64,000 bases of DNA from Macrostomum lignano (Eukaryota): NCBI GenBank assembly GCA_002269645.1, contig NIVC01002312.1, positions 120,963 to 184,962 on the forward strand. The letters are read 5' to 3'. The position numbers and the translations under genes were made by a program. A model generated the notes under the pieces. The model did no database searches. It had not been told where the DNA came from and worked only from the letters and a program-made list of their open reading frames with translations. This document shows, in pieces, positions 26,411-39,000 of the stretch (position 1 is its first letter; every line of letters starts with the position of its first letter).

Positions 26411-27878
26411 GATCTGAAAAGACACAAACCTTGAGCAGGCCGGATTGCTATTGTGAAGTTTTAAAACACCCGAGGGCTGGATAGAGAGGCTTCGCGGGCC
26501 AGACAGTTTGATTAGACCTGTGTAAACAGAGTCGAAATTTTTTAATTGTAAATATTTATAAAGTTTATGAATAAACTATCATGGACAGTTGAAACCGATG
26601 GACGCAACTCGCCAGAGGGGGAAGTTTTCGGCGTTTTAAAATTCCCAAAGAATTTGGAGTTCCACAAAACTTCTGTGGTTCCTAAATTTCTTTTATAACA
26701 TACATACAAGAGCAAAACATACAATATTTACTCATTGTGAAGTCCAGAAAGTGATATTTTGGGAACTCAGTTAAGAAATGCACACTCGTATCCTATCTCG
26801 TTGATGCCATTTCCAGCGTCTATCTACTTTAGCTGTCCATGAATACTAAATAGAAGTCAGATTGGAAACGTTATTAACCAGGCGAGTAATTCATTTTTCG
26901 ACCGGATATACAATCCAATGGCCATGGCTTGTGTAGGTCAATTACAGGATGCGCACTGCCAGTTGATGAGAGCATTAAGGCCTGAGACGTGCCTGCCCTT
27001 ACGGCGGGTAGCATAGAGTAATTCCACTCTACGATGAGGGAGCGCCCAGCCTGCATACCAAATCGCATGAGCGGTCATGCGTCAGATTCCTTGCCCTCTA
27101 GCAGTGAGCTCTTTTTCTAAAATCCTATTTTCCCTCAGCTTTTGCACTCTGCTGCCCGAGAAAATGTAATAAGCAGGCAGGCGGGCACGGCTCCGGCAGG
27201 CAGTGATGCAGCCTCGAGGCGGAGAGGCTGGCGGGAATGATGATGCCCTGGGAAGTCAGCCCATACTCGACCTGAATTGATGCAGAGATGAGAAAGAAAG
27301 CAGAGAAAGAAGTACTTTTCTTTGTTGTCTCTGCCTGACTGCGCCTGTGATTTGTTGCCAACAGAAATGCATTTTGTCCCAGGCGGCTTGTCACAATTGC
27401 CGCCACACTGCAGCCTGTCACTTCGAATTCAGAGCGGCAAAGAGGCACGCGCAAACACATTTTTCTATGCTATAACTGTAGGCGTGTATTATTTTTCCAG
27501 AATTTTCTACTAATCGGCATTCTGCAGGCGTCACTGCTTGTTGCATGAGGTCGGTTTTTCACAGTAAAGCAACGAAGACAAGGTTTCGGGTATCTATAGA
27601 CCTAGGGCCATGCATTGCGCAAGTAAGAAGCCCAACAACAGTAGACTGAAGTATGCGGATTCTCCTGATACTCAAAGCTTCAAAGGATCCGAATTAAATT
27701 ATTACCTGTCTGCTCGTAGACACTCTCGCGCCAAACCCCAAGGCTCGCAGAGAGAGTACATGCCTGACGATTGCCTCAATGCTGGTTGTGCGCCAGGGAG
27801 CTCCCAGCCTCTTCTATGAATATTTATTTATATTAATAATCGTTATCCAATGTTGGTTCATTTAACCTCAGTTGCCAG

Positions 27879-28280
27879 CACAGAATACCACAGAATGCTC
27901 ATTCAGCCACCCTGAAGAAAAAATCTCAATGCGAAATTATTTTCGCTTTGTGCTACTCTTCGTGTGAAGCTTTCCATTTATGAACCTTTTATTGTTCTTT
28001 AAGTTAAATTGTTTACAGTTTTTTGCTAATACGGTATGGAATTCAATACTGGTTGAGTGATTGTTATCCACCATAAGATCTTGCCACTTAAGTTTTATAA
28101 CAATCGCATAATTTCAATTACATCGATTGCTCTAGGAGCTCGCACAAGCAGTAAACTGCTACTTTAATGTTATCAATTAGTTACAACTACTTATAAATCT
28201 TCACAGGAAGAGTAGCATCTATGGTGTTTTAATTCGAGACGCATTCTACCAATCGATTGAGCATTCTGTGGTATTCTGTG
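27879..28280. mobile_element. MITE-like element with perfect 23-bp inverted repeats
   Basis: CACAGAATACCACAGAATGCTCA (27879-27901) and its exact reverse complement (28258-28280) bracket ~360 bp of AT-rich non-coding DNA; TSD not established. Confidence 0.55.
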
Positions 28281-28951
28281 ATTGCCAGTGCTTCTTCTGC
28301 CTTCTGCATCTCACTCTGAGTGATCAAAACGTTTAACCATATATAGGTTTGCCATTTACCACTAGTGCTGAAAGTTAAGCAGATTTAGCCGCGGTTAGAA
28401 CATAGCTGAATAGACATGACAGTTCCCCTTTCCGTCAAACTGTCAAAAGCAAGCCGCTCTATGCTTACCACAGAAGAGACCGGATGCCAGAAAACGGATT
28501 AAAATTGTAATCCTGTAAATAAAGTCTACAGTTTTTAGAAAATATACAGTATATAAACTGAAATCAACCATTTGAAAATCTTCCAATTCCTTTCCTTAAT
28601 CCGCCACGCCTCTTATATGTCTCGTATTCTTCAAGCTAAATACGAGCTACTAAACTCCTATTGCCGCACTCCATGCCTATGCATTAGCAATAATGTGGCA
28701 GTAAAAAAAGATTTTTCCTATGCGAAGCGTCTCTCAAGCCCACTCCTCCGCTTCAAGCATGCTTGAAGGGATTGAAAAAGGGAAGGGAGACGATTGATGG
28801 GACACAGGAAATGCAGCCAGGAAGAAAATTTTAAAAGCCAACCAAACTGCACAGTCCGCACTTTTCTCGACGAGAAGGATAGGGGGGGGGGGGTCAAAGC
28901 TTGAAACTGTAACTCCATCTGCAGCCATTTTCACAGCAGCAGCTGTCGCAA

Positions 28952-29635
28952 ATGCATATAACTGCACTGCATGCCTCAAAACCGAGCGAACCGGCCAGTT
29001 CCGTAATGGACGAAGAAGCGCATCAGCTGGAACCGGTCGAGCCGGCTGGAAGTGGCAGCCAGCGGCAGCAGAAACTGCCGCAGCATCACTACCGCCCGCC
29101 GCCCATCAAGCAGCTGGCGCGGCAGTCGCGCTTCAGCGAACGCGAGCTCCGGCTGCTGTACCGCGGCTTCAAGCAGCACTGCCCCAGCGGCCTGGCAACC
29201 GAGGAGCACATCTGCAGCATCTTCGGCTTGCTGTTTCCGTTTGGCAATCCGGCGCCATTCGCTCGCATCGTCTTCAACTGGCTGGACGTTGACCGTCGAG
29301 GCGAGCTGCCGTTTCACCGCTACGTGGCCTGGCTGTCCCAGCTGGCCCGCGGAGACCTGCAGGAGCGGCTCGGCTGGATCTTCCGCCTCTACGACGTCGG
29401 GCAGGACGGCGACCTCACTAGCGAGGAGGTTCGCCAGTTCCTGCTGTCAGTCTACGAACTGCAAGGCGTTGGTTGCTCAAGGCGCGCCAAAGCGCCGCAG
29501 GAGCATGCGGCCGAGGTTTTCCGGCGGATGGACGCCGGCGGCAAAGGTCGAGTGGATTTTGAAGACTTTCAACGCTATTGTACAGAGTCGGATGCCATCG
29601 TGGAAGGTCTGGAGGTGTTCGATACCTGCCTGTGA
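28952..29635 (+). CDS. Kv channel-interacting protein (KChIP)-like neuronal calcium sensor, single exon
   Basis: HYRPPPIKQLARQSRFSERELRLLYRGFKQHCPSG, LARGDLQERLGWIFRLYDVGQDG and C-terminal EVFDTCL match the KChIP/NCS pattern (LYRGFK.ECPSG; LRG...EKL.W.F.LYD). Start may be 28952 or 29006. Confidence 0.88.
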   Translation: MHITALHASKPSEPASSVMDEEAHQLEPVEPAGSGSQRQQKLPQHHYRPPPIKQLARQSRFSERELRLLYRGFKQHCPSGLATEEHICSIFGLLFPFGNPAPFARIVFNWLDVDRRGELPFHRYVAWLSQLARGDLQERLGWIFRLYDVGQDGDLTSEEVRQFLLSVYELQGVGCSRRAKAPQEHAAEVFRRMDAGGKGRVDFEDFQRYCTESDAIVEGLEVFDTCL

Positions 29636-30525
29636 CACGGTGCTGCAGGTAAAATAGGAAGCTCAACAATGGACAATCGGGCTTTAATCTTTAAAAGGAA
29701 AAACATTCTTTCATTGCTACTCGTTAGTAACCGATTGCTTCAACGATAAAATTGCCTGAGTTTTTATTGTACGATTTTTACATTCAAGAACATTAGAAAT
29801 TGGAAATAAACACTGATGAAGCGCAATAAGGTCAATTCGTATTCGACAAATTTATCGAATATTTCCAAATTTCAACCTGCACGAATTTCCAAAAACCATA
29901 TAAGCTGTTGCTTGCTTAGATCATTGTCTGCTATTTCCTTAGAAGGCTTGTCTCTTCTCAGCTCTCCTCTCTCCCCTCTTCTCTTTCCTCTCTTCTGCAT
30001 CTTCTATTCCCTGTCCTTTCCACTCTCATCTGGCCCGCAGCCACGCGCTGGATACTACATGCGCTGGGGTAAAAAACTTGGTCTAGAAAATGAACCTCAT
30101 CTCCTGTTTAAGAGTATTTTTAGAACTTTAATAGTGCTCTTTGTGATAAATTTGAACAGAAAATCGCGGATAAAGTTTAGCTTTGAGTTTTAAAAACCTT
30201 ACTGCAGAAGATAAAATATTTTACCAACTGACTCACAAGAAGACAGAGACATAATGAAAATTCTAGCAAAATTCGTCAAAAACATGACGCAATGCAAGCC
30301 AGAATGCAAATTTTATATTGAATTCATAAATAAATCGAATACTCTGTCTGCTCACGAGACCTCCACTCGCGTTATGGCGAAAAAAATTTATTCATTTATT
30401 TTTTCTTTCGTTGCATTGGTTTGAAATTAATCAATACGAGCGCTCGTAATAATAACAATACTAAAAGCACAAGCGACATCTGAAAGCATGTTCAATAACA
30501 GTGAAGTACCGCATTGGTGTGGCTG

Positions 30526-30999
30526 TCACACTGCACTTTTAGCCTCCAGCCGCAGGCCGACAGTCAGCCAGCCGGTCGGGCTGACATAAACGCAGTCATC
30601 GTCGCTGAGGCGCTGGCTGTCCATCAGCACAACGCCCTGACTGAGCACCGACAGGTCCTCCGGGGTGGCGGGTTGCGGCGCCAGCTGCAGCCGGGTCAGC
30701 GGCTCCCGGGCCAGCACCAGGTCGGGGACGTCGGCTCGCTGACCGAAGACGGTCCAGGTGGCGAACAGGCGGCATTTCTGTGGAGCCGAGCAGCCGGGCC
30801 TCCGGTGCAGGTAGGCGACAAGAACGGAGTCGTCTGCAGAGTCTGCAGGGCGCGGCCTGTCGGAGCACCGCTGGCGAAGCCGTCGGATTCGAATGGACAG
30901 CGACAGGCCGGCCAGCTGGAACACCTCCGAGTGCAGGTCGAGCGGCTGATCGGGCAACAGCAGCCGGTGCAGTGGCAGGTGCAGCTGCACCTCCGACAT
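30526..30999 (-). CDS. Stand-alone MATH/TRAF-like domain protein, ~157 aa
   Basis: GC-rich ORF from ATG at 30999; strand pattern SEVFQLAGLSLSIRI / LVAYLH / CRLFATWTV / QGVVLMDSQRL...YVSPTGWLTVGLRL resembles MATH beta-sandwich consensus. Recognised by eye only. Confidence 0.6.
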   Translation of the reverse strand: MSEVQLHLPLHRLLLPDQPLDLHSEVFQLAGLSLSIRIRRLRQRCSDRPRPADSADDSVLVAYLHRRPGCSAPQKCRLFATWTVFGQRADVPDLVLAREPLTRLQLAPQPATPEDLSVLSQGVVLMDSQRLSDDDCVYVSPTGWLTVGLRLEAKSAV

Positions 31000-32224
31000 G
31001 GCAGCAGCGACTTGTGACGTCAGCAAGCTGCAGTTGGAACAACAGTTTGAAAAATGACAGTCGGGACGAACCATGCTTTGAATTTTCAAGTGAATTTCAG
31101 CGAGTTGCAAGCTTGTACACGACATGTATATAATACAGTGCACCAATCTGTTAATAATCTTTTTTGCGCAGCCTTTCAAGTAAACTTGGCCCACACGGCA
31201 AGGCAGCGGCGATCCTGTGGGAATTCCACGGAATTAAACGCGTCTATTTTTACTTGTACATGCAGCTAAAGACGGAGAGCCAAAAGTACTTCTTAGCTAA
31301 ATGGCATGACATCAACAGGATAGGAGGTTGGATGAGAATCTCGTACTTCGAAATGTACCATCCAACCGTACATTGCCATAACGGATGCTAGTGTCAGAAA
31401 ATAATAGATACAGTGCCAGGAATTCACTGGGCCGGCCGCGTTTGAGCACAAATAGCTTGGATAGTCCATGGAAATACGCTGGACAATACGTGGAAATTCC
31501 GTGGGAAGAACTGCTAAGACTGTTTCGGCCGAGCAGAATATCGCATTTAACCAGTAAATAAATTGCAACATACGCAAGCACTCAAAATGCCGAGGGTGTC
31601 AGTCACTTAAAAAGACGAAGTACGTGCGTGCTTTGGATTTCTTGCTGTAACTACACAGGCTACGACCTTCTGATTATCAGGGCAAGTACATGTACACTTT
31701 CTGTGTATTGGGCCGGGGTTGAATTACATGTAGTAAGTTGTAAGCCGAAGTTTTGGCTTTGACTCCCCTGCAAGTTTCTAAATACCAAAACAGCTTATTA
31801 ACATCCAGTGAACTTACAAAGAAAACAAAAAGTGATTACTCTGCAAATTTACGCTTGTAGTTGCAAATTTACGCTTGTAGTTGGGGGGGGGGAGTAGAGC
31901 AGCTTAGTGGTAAACGCTTCGTGCGAGATCACACCCATAGGGCCCAGTGGACAATACATTAGGGTGGCTCATGTGAATACAAACCTACAGCTGTAAATCG
32001 AAAGTCACCCTCTCCTTTCAAACTGTCCATTGAAATTAACAATAAAACAAGCGTAGACAATTATGAAAAGACTATTTAAACAGAATTTTCAACAGGGACT
32101 AAAAAACATACAGAATTTTTTGTTAAATTTCTCTTTTACTGCTACTACAGTAGAGCAAGATCGCAGTTAAAGTAACGCGTTGAACCAGTATACTGTACCT
32201 GTGTTTACAGGGACGTGTATTCGG

Positions 32225-33070
32225 CACTTCATCAGAAGTTCTGCAGGGCGCCACGCTGGCGCCGTTTCTCTTCGTGCTGCTGTTGGACTGGGTGCTTTGG
32301 ACCGCACTCCCCTCGGCTGAAGACGGCTTCCTGCTGCGCCGACGTATCGGTCGCCGCCACGGCGAAAAGCGCCTGAGCGCGCTTGGCTACGCCGACGACC
32401 TCGCCCTCCTGTCCTCGTCCGTCGAAGGCGCCCAGCGCCAGATCGACAGGCTGGTCGGTCGAGGTGGCATCGAGCGTCAGTCTGGTTGTCAACACGCGCT
32501 GAAGATCGAGGTGCTGACTGTGCCGGTCGACATCACAGTGCCTCACGTGAAGGAAGAACCTCCGGCGGCTCAGAGGACTTGCCTGGGCGGCCTTCCGTTC
32601 GATCCGGGCCGTCCTCAAGTCCGAAGTGCTGCCCGAACGCCAGAGGGCTCGGCTGTGGCAGGCGATGGTCGAAACTGTCCTGCTCTACAACGCCGAGACG
32701 TGGACGCTGACGGCTACGCTAGAGCGGCAGCTGGACTCGGCGCACTCAGGGCTGCTCCGTGCGGCCTTTTGAGCTGACGAGAGCGTCGGGACCGAGGCCC
32801 TGTACGATCGGGCCAAGCTGCAGCGCCCGTCCATCATCCTGCGCCGGCGGCGACTTCAACTGGAGGGCCACGCGATCCGGGCCGAGGGCTACTGCCCCCA
32901 ACCTGTTCAGGACGTCCTGCTGCTCACCTTGGAGGGCGTTCTCAGGCGGGGTCAGACCCAAACCTGTCGATACGTGGACTGCCTCCTACGGGACGCCGGG
33001 GCGCCCGACACTGCCAACGGGGCGGACTTCGTCCGCTCTCAGGCTCTGCGGCGCGCGCGCCATCTGACGA
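32225..33070 (+). mobile_element. 5'-truncated, frameshifted RTE-like non-LTR retrotransposon (RT C-terminal half)
   Basis: VLQGATLAPFLF, GYADDLALL, and in other frames VETVLLYNAETWTLT and RRRRLQLEGH, typical of RTE-clade ORF2 ends; multiple frame changes. Confidence 0.85.
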
Positions 33071-36000
33071 ACCCTGCTCTAACTGTCACCTTGCATGTGG
33101 GGCTGCGTATTTTGTTGTTTTTGTCGCAACTGTCGAATTTTATAATAGGAAGCTCACCGGACAATACAATTTAAACTGTCCAAACGCAATAGAACTTGAA
33201 AATTTTGTTTATTTTTGCTGTTCATCTTCAATGAAATGGCAGGAGTAAGTTTTATTAATAGATTAAAAGCACACGACAGGGACGTCGCCATGAATTTTAT
33301 GGTGCGGGAAAAGCCCAGAATTCTACATGTAAATGTACATGACTAAATTACAACATGTACATTATTTCCGAATCAGTGTTGTCATCGATCATTTTTGCGC
33401 CGCAGACACTCATTTTAGTGCCGCAGGCGCAATGTTTTGTCGCCCTGAAGCAAAATTGATTTCCATAACAGGTCAACAAGGTGGGGTGGGGGGGACAAAG
33501 CATTGGCATGTTCCCCATAGCTTTTCCCTAGAAGCCATAGTCCCCCTAGACTGCCCCCCCCCCAGTGGCGACGCCCATGATAAATGGACTATATAGATGA
33601 TGCACTTACGGGTCGAAGAACTATACATTTTGTATAATTTACGACATGCGCTATTGAAATACACACGCGAGACCAGAGTCAAATTTACTTTATTTACCAG
33701 CTTAATTTTAAGCAAATATTTTGTTCCAAGTGCTGGAACGGAGACATTTCGAACTTGTTTGACGACTCTAATTGACGAACTAATTAAACAAGACAAAAAA
33801 GATCCAAACAAAATTAATTTTAGCTCATTATTTTTTAGAATTAACTCCAGTGTTCATTTATTTCATTTAGAACTTCATCATTTAAACATTAGAATTTAAA
33901 AAAGCAATACGAATTTGCCATCTAAAATGACATCTGTGTTACAATTCAGGTTAGAATTGAACATGTAAGTTAATTATTAATGAGAATATAGCTTATACCT
34001 TTTGCCCTAATACATCATGCGCATTGTCAAGACCTAAGTCTTGTGATATAAGATAAAAAACAACACTCATCTATATGATGGGTTTCGACCTTTCGGCCCC
34101 CTTTTGGGGAAGCCTTCGGGCCTCAGGTCTCAGAAATAAATCAATTAGAGTCCTGGCCCCCCCACTCCTGTCAGATGGTCAGCCCCATTGTAGCTTCATC
34201 GTGTGGCGAGCAGTCTAGGTTCCATAGCTAAGAGAGGGACAGCGAGAGACAAGCAGGGAGAATTTTGAAGGTAGAAATTAGTTAATCCGCAGATTAACTA
34301 ACCCGCTGCCACCAGCCGTACGTCCTGGCTCACCACACCGGGACTCTCGAAATCGGGCTTCCGACAGAAGGGGCTTTGCACTTACCTGCCAACTAGTGTC
34401 TTTTTGCTGTCAATCTCGAAGTCATAGCCGATGGTAAGGGACACTGGTGGGACTTGATCGCATTGGCCATGCAGGAACAGAGGGGACTTGTGCAGGGGAT
34501 TCTTGCAGTGGCGAGTCTATAGGGTAGCTACATGTACTATTACATTGCTAAATACGAAGAGTTGTACTTTTGGCCTTCAACGCGCCAACTAGCCTCTCAT
34601 AGCGCTGATGATAGACTAACTCGAACTTCAGAGACCGCATGATTCATTTACCCGAGCCGCTTGGCCACCCTAGAGTGCACAAAGTACATCTCTGGAGCCG
34701 ATTCTGCACTATTGGCAATTTTGCTCACTGATTTAATAGATTGATCGACTGAGAACTGCCTTGCCATTGGTCCACTGTGACCGCGGCGCCTACTTAGCTT
34801 AGCTACTCATCTGAGCCATCGGCGAACAAAGAAATAAAACCGATAAAAATAACTGTTAGATTCAACCTTCTCCTTAGATGCACTTCACACTTCAGATTGA
34901 ATTGGAGTTTTAGACTACTAGCAGTATTATTGAATGACTTCTGCCTCGATTACAGCACTACTGAACAAAATGAGCAAAAGTGTGCGCCTAATCCAGCTAC
35001 TGAAACAGGGGACAGATAAGGAATCACCGAATCAAGCAAGTATAGGCAGCCTCTCACCCAACCAATCAGAAACTCAACAGCCGGAGACCAGGTAATCCAC
35101 GGTGACCGAATCGGCTTAGTGCTTCGCAGCTGTAGGCCCGGGATGATGCTGATGTCACAATCTTCGCTGATAGCTAGCAGGTGTTGCTCTTCGCTTTGAT
35201 GTTCACTGCTGATGACCGGGGAGATTCGTCCTTGATGATGATGGGGGGAAGTCGCAATCCGAGGATCAAGAAACGACGGTCAATTCCTGGCCGGTGGAGC
35301 CAAGGGCAGCACCTTGTCGCAAGAAGGTTTGCAGGGAGTAGCACCCGGAATGCCGTCCGAGCGGGCCAAAAACACCGGTTTAAATAGCCGCCAATTGGAC
35401 CGCAGTTTGTTATAATGGGACACGTCGATTCTGATTGGCTGAGTCGATTTGTTAAAATGAGCGTCGAATTTTCTGATTGGCTAAGCTTGTTGCTACCCAG
35501 AACCACGTGACCGGGAGATTCTATCAGTTCCCTCGGGGTCGTAAAAACATGACAGGTGCGGCCATAAATCAATCAAAATCGCAACAAAATGATTTATGAC
35601 TTTTCGCGTAGGATGGACAGAAATTAATGAAAAAATATACATTAGAAAGCTCATTATTAAGTAGAAGGTGAAGATAATGAAGAGAAATCGCTAATCGCTA
35701 ATCCCAAAGTACTTTTAGGGGTAAAACGCATAGCTTTCAAAGCTGTAACACGCTTGAGTGAACACGAACAATAGGCTCTGACCTCTGTCTCCCTAAAATC
35801 AAGCATCCCTAGACTGCATGCAAGCATCCCAGATAGCAAGAATCCCCCCAAAAAGCAAGCATCCCTGTATACAAAGAATCCTTATAGATAGTCGTCTTTG
35901 TTAAAATTTTCTCGCGCCACATCTTGGAGTGTGCACTCGAATTGAGAACAAGAAAATTTGTATTGCGTAAAACTATGTGTATGAAGTTCTTAATACTTTA

Positions 36001-39000
36001 AAAAATCATTTAATTAAGTTTTTTTTGTTTTGTGTTTCATCATTAAGATTTAACGTACATTTCTTTCTAATGCAGTACAAATTTTGTTTAATGATTTGTA
36101 TTTTTAAACTAAGTATGCAATTTTTTTACGCAGCGCGGGCAATCGAACGAGCCCTCCCGCGAAATATATGAAAGTTCAAAAGAAGAGCCAGCCTAACAGG
36201 TTTGGACTAGACTGGAAAGGAAAGGAAATAGGAAGGATATAATTTTAACCATTGGCGTTAACTAAACCCTAAATGCAAGTCAAAGTGCCGCACGCGTTGA
36301 ACTTAATATATAGACAACTAGCGAACTAGGCAATGGCCATAATCTAATCTAATAATTTCGTTACTTTTCTTTAATCTTTATTATAAGGTTAGTAGGCCAT
36401 GGCATAGGCCACGGTAGGTGGAGCATCAAAACTCAGATTTAAGAGTTTCAAATATTTACTAGAAAATGGGCCTATCATTTTCACATTTGGATTGATTTTG
36501 AAATCAGTTTGGTTAGGCCTAGGCTGGCAATGGCTAGAGTTATGGCCTGGTTTCTAATGGCTATGGATCTGGAAGTGGTATTCCAGTAGTGCAATTTATG
36601 GGTATAGTACAGCAGAAACATTTTACTTTTTTAATGGGTGGTTGATATTATTGGGATTTTGTTAGCTCTAGTGGCTAAATGGTATAAGATAATTCATAAT
36701 AGAGATTCTCTATAATAAAAAGCTTATATTCAATAGAAAATATATTTTTGAGCAAGCTGCACCAAAATAGTCAATTTGGTCCATTTCAATTGAAATAGTT
36801 ATATACAAATATTGGCTAACTAGGCTTTCAAAATTAAAACAGTAGGAGAAACAATAAAGCCATGTGTTTATCTATGTTTATGTTTATTTAAAATAAAGAA
36901 TCATTGTATAACTTAAAATTGAAATGGTAATTATGAAGTATCACAGTTTATTAATCAAAGAGTATTGACTTTTACTTTTATTATTTACTTTAAATAGAAC
37001 TTCTCTTATATTCATAGTGTCTAACAATAGACTAACCAATTGCTTAGTCATCTTGAACTTAATACTTTCAACTGCAATATTGCTTAGAGGTATGCAATGA
37101 AATATAGCAGAACTTGATGCTCAACCACTAATAGGATAAATTAAGCTTAGCCACTTGTATAGTCATTAACTATTAGATTTCTAATAGACTAAATCTAAAT
37201 AGAATAATTATCAATTGAAAAGTTTTACTACCAAAAAAGATTATTGATAACAATTTTTTACTTTGCTATGCAATGTTATTAGAGCAATGTAAACAAAATT
37301 CAAAAATATTTGTCAACTTTTGTTCTAGGCACTTGGCAAAAAGGTAGTAGTTGATAGGTACAATATCTAGGCTTATAAGTTGGGTAGGGATGAATCTCCC
37401 AACCCAACATTAGCAGCTTCTTGAACATCAATTGAGCCTTATTGCATTTTCTTATAGCAGGACAACTTTGCAACATTCTTGAAGCACTTTTTGGTCAAAG
37501 CATATTGCAGAATCTAGCTGCTGATTGTAGTTGGCAGTGATAATCTGGTTCTTGAATATCAGCTCCCATATGATGACTCTCTTAGTATTCTAGAAAATGG
37601 ATAGCATGACTTTCTTGGGATGAAGCTTGCTCACTGGCTTCTATTTTATTTTTATTGATGCCATACTGCTGTTGCTAGCAATTGATAGTGATGTAGTGGT
37701 ACCACTTTTTATCCCCATGTTGTCCAACCAAGTAGCTTGTTGCAATTGACTGAGATGTTTAATGTTTACCTTCATGTGGCACTCCAGGTCATGGGCTCCT
37801 AGCTAGTATGGCACCTAGCACCCAAGTTTGGCTTCTATAATTAGTGGTGATTGGTGATTGTTGTCCAATGCATATTCAGTTGGTCAGCCAACTTATGCAT
37901 CATCTGCTGGTTGTTCTTATAAGGAGCATCTCTATAGAATTTATTGAGCTTGGGCAGATACTCCATTGCAAGTGTTATCCTTGAGCATACAATTGTTGTT
38001 AACCCTATTTATACCTTAAAGAAATATACGTATAAACTCTAAGAAAAACTTTAAATATCCTTTAATTTTTTGATGACATACACAACAACTTCCTGGCTGG
38101 AGACCTTTCATGCTTCATGTTGGATCATTTACATGACATTCAATCTGTAGTTAAAGCAAACTGGAAGCAACTTGAAGAAGAAATTCTTTGTGCATTAGGC
38201 CAGTGTGACCCACAGATACTAGAATAACTAGATGGGCCACTCAGCACATTTGCCTGTAAGCTACTTTCAGTTCAGTAGTGTGTTAAACAGAACCATTTTA
38301 ATGTATTTTTAAAGACAAGTCTCATTTATTGGCTCTTACCAACCTCATGGTCATGGGCCCCCCAATTTAAAACCTTAAACTGCGCCTTTCTACACTGCCC
38401 CCCGCCTTGCCCCAATTTTTATTGCCTTCCTCGGAATTCCAGCCTAAACTGCCATGTACATTTCAGTGGACTGGCTAATGTACATTATTGCTGAACCAAT
38501 TAGCAAATTCTTTACACCTGCAAGCTTGGGCTTCTAAACTTATCAAAGTCGTTTCAGCTGGCTTTATTTTTATGAAATAGCTTATGTATTCTTCTTTGCT
38601 ACTAAACTGAAAGTAGAAAGCTGTTTTACCAAGTATATGTGCCTGAGTGGCCCATCTAGCCATTTTAGTATCTGTGGGTTGTGTGACCTGAAAGATGGTA
38701 ACTGTGTCCATTGATCCATGCTACAATGAGCATGTGTCCAGTGAAAATGGTCTTTTGATGACAGTATGTGCCCAAGCTCATATGATATGCAATGGTAGTC
38801 CATCGTGGTAACCATTCTATTAATTATATTGGTGCCAGTCTTGGTTACATTGCAGTGCTGGGCCAGCTCTGGCTTGTTCTTTGGAGGCACACGTTGGCTG
38901 ACATGGTGATTAGTAGACAACAGAATTACAGTCATCTGTTTGCTTGCAGTATTTACGACTGTAAAAAACTCCAGATGACTTGGTCTCCTGTTGTCTTTAA

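Noticed and set aside
31893-32000. tRNA/SINE-like head GCAGCTTAGTGGTAAACGC
   Set aside because: Only an A-box-like segment; no B box, cloverleaf or TSD.
33277-33579. Imperfect inverted termini CAGGGACGTCGCCA / TGGCGACGCCCATG suggesting a hAT-like MITE
   Set aside because: Short, mismatched TIR and no target-site duplication in the flanks; plausible but unsupported from one copy.
36130-36330. Helitron-like 3' hairpin and CTAG
   Set aside because: Hairpin and CTAG are not correctly spaced and no 5' TC end or Rep/Hel sequence is evident.
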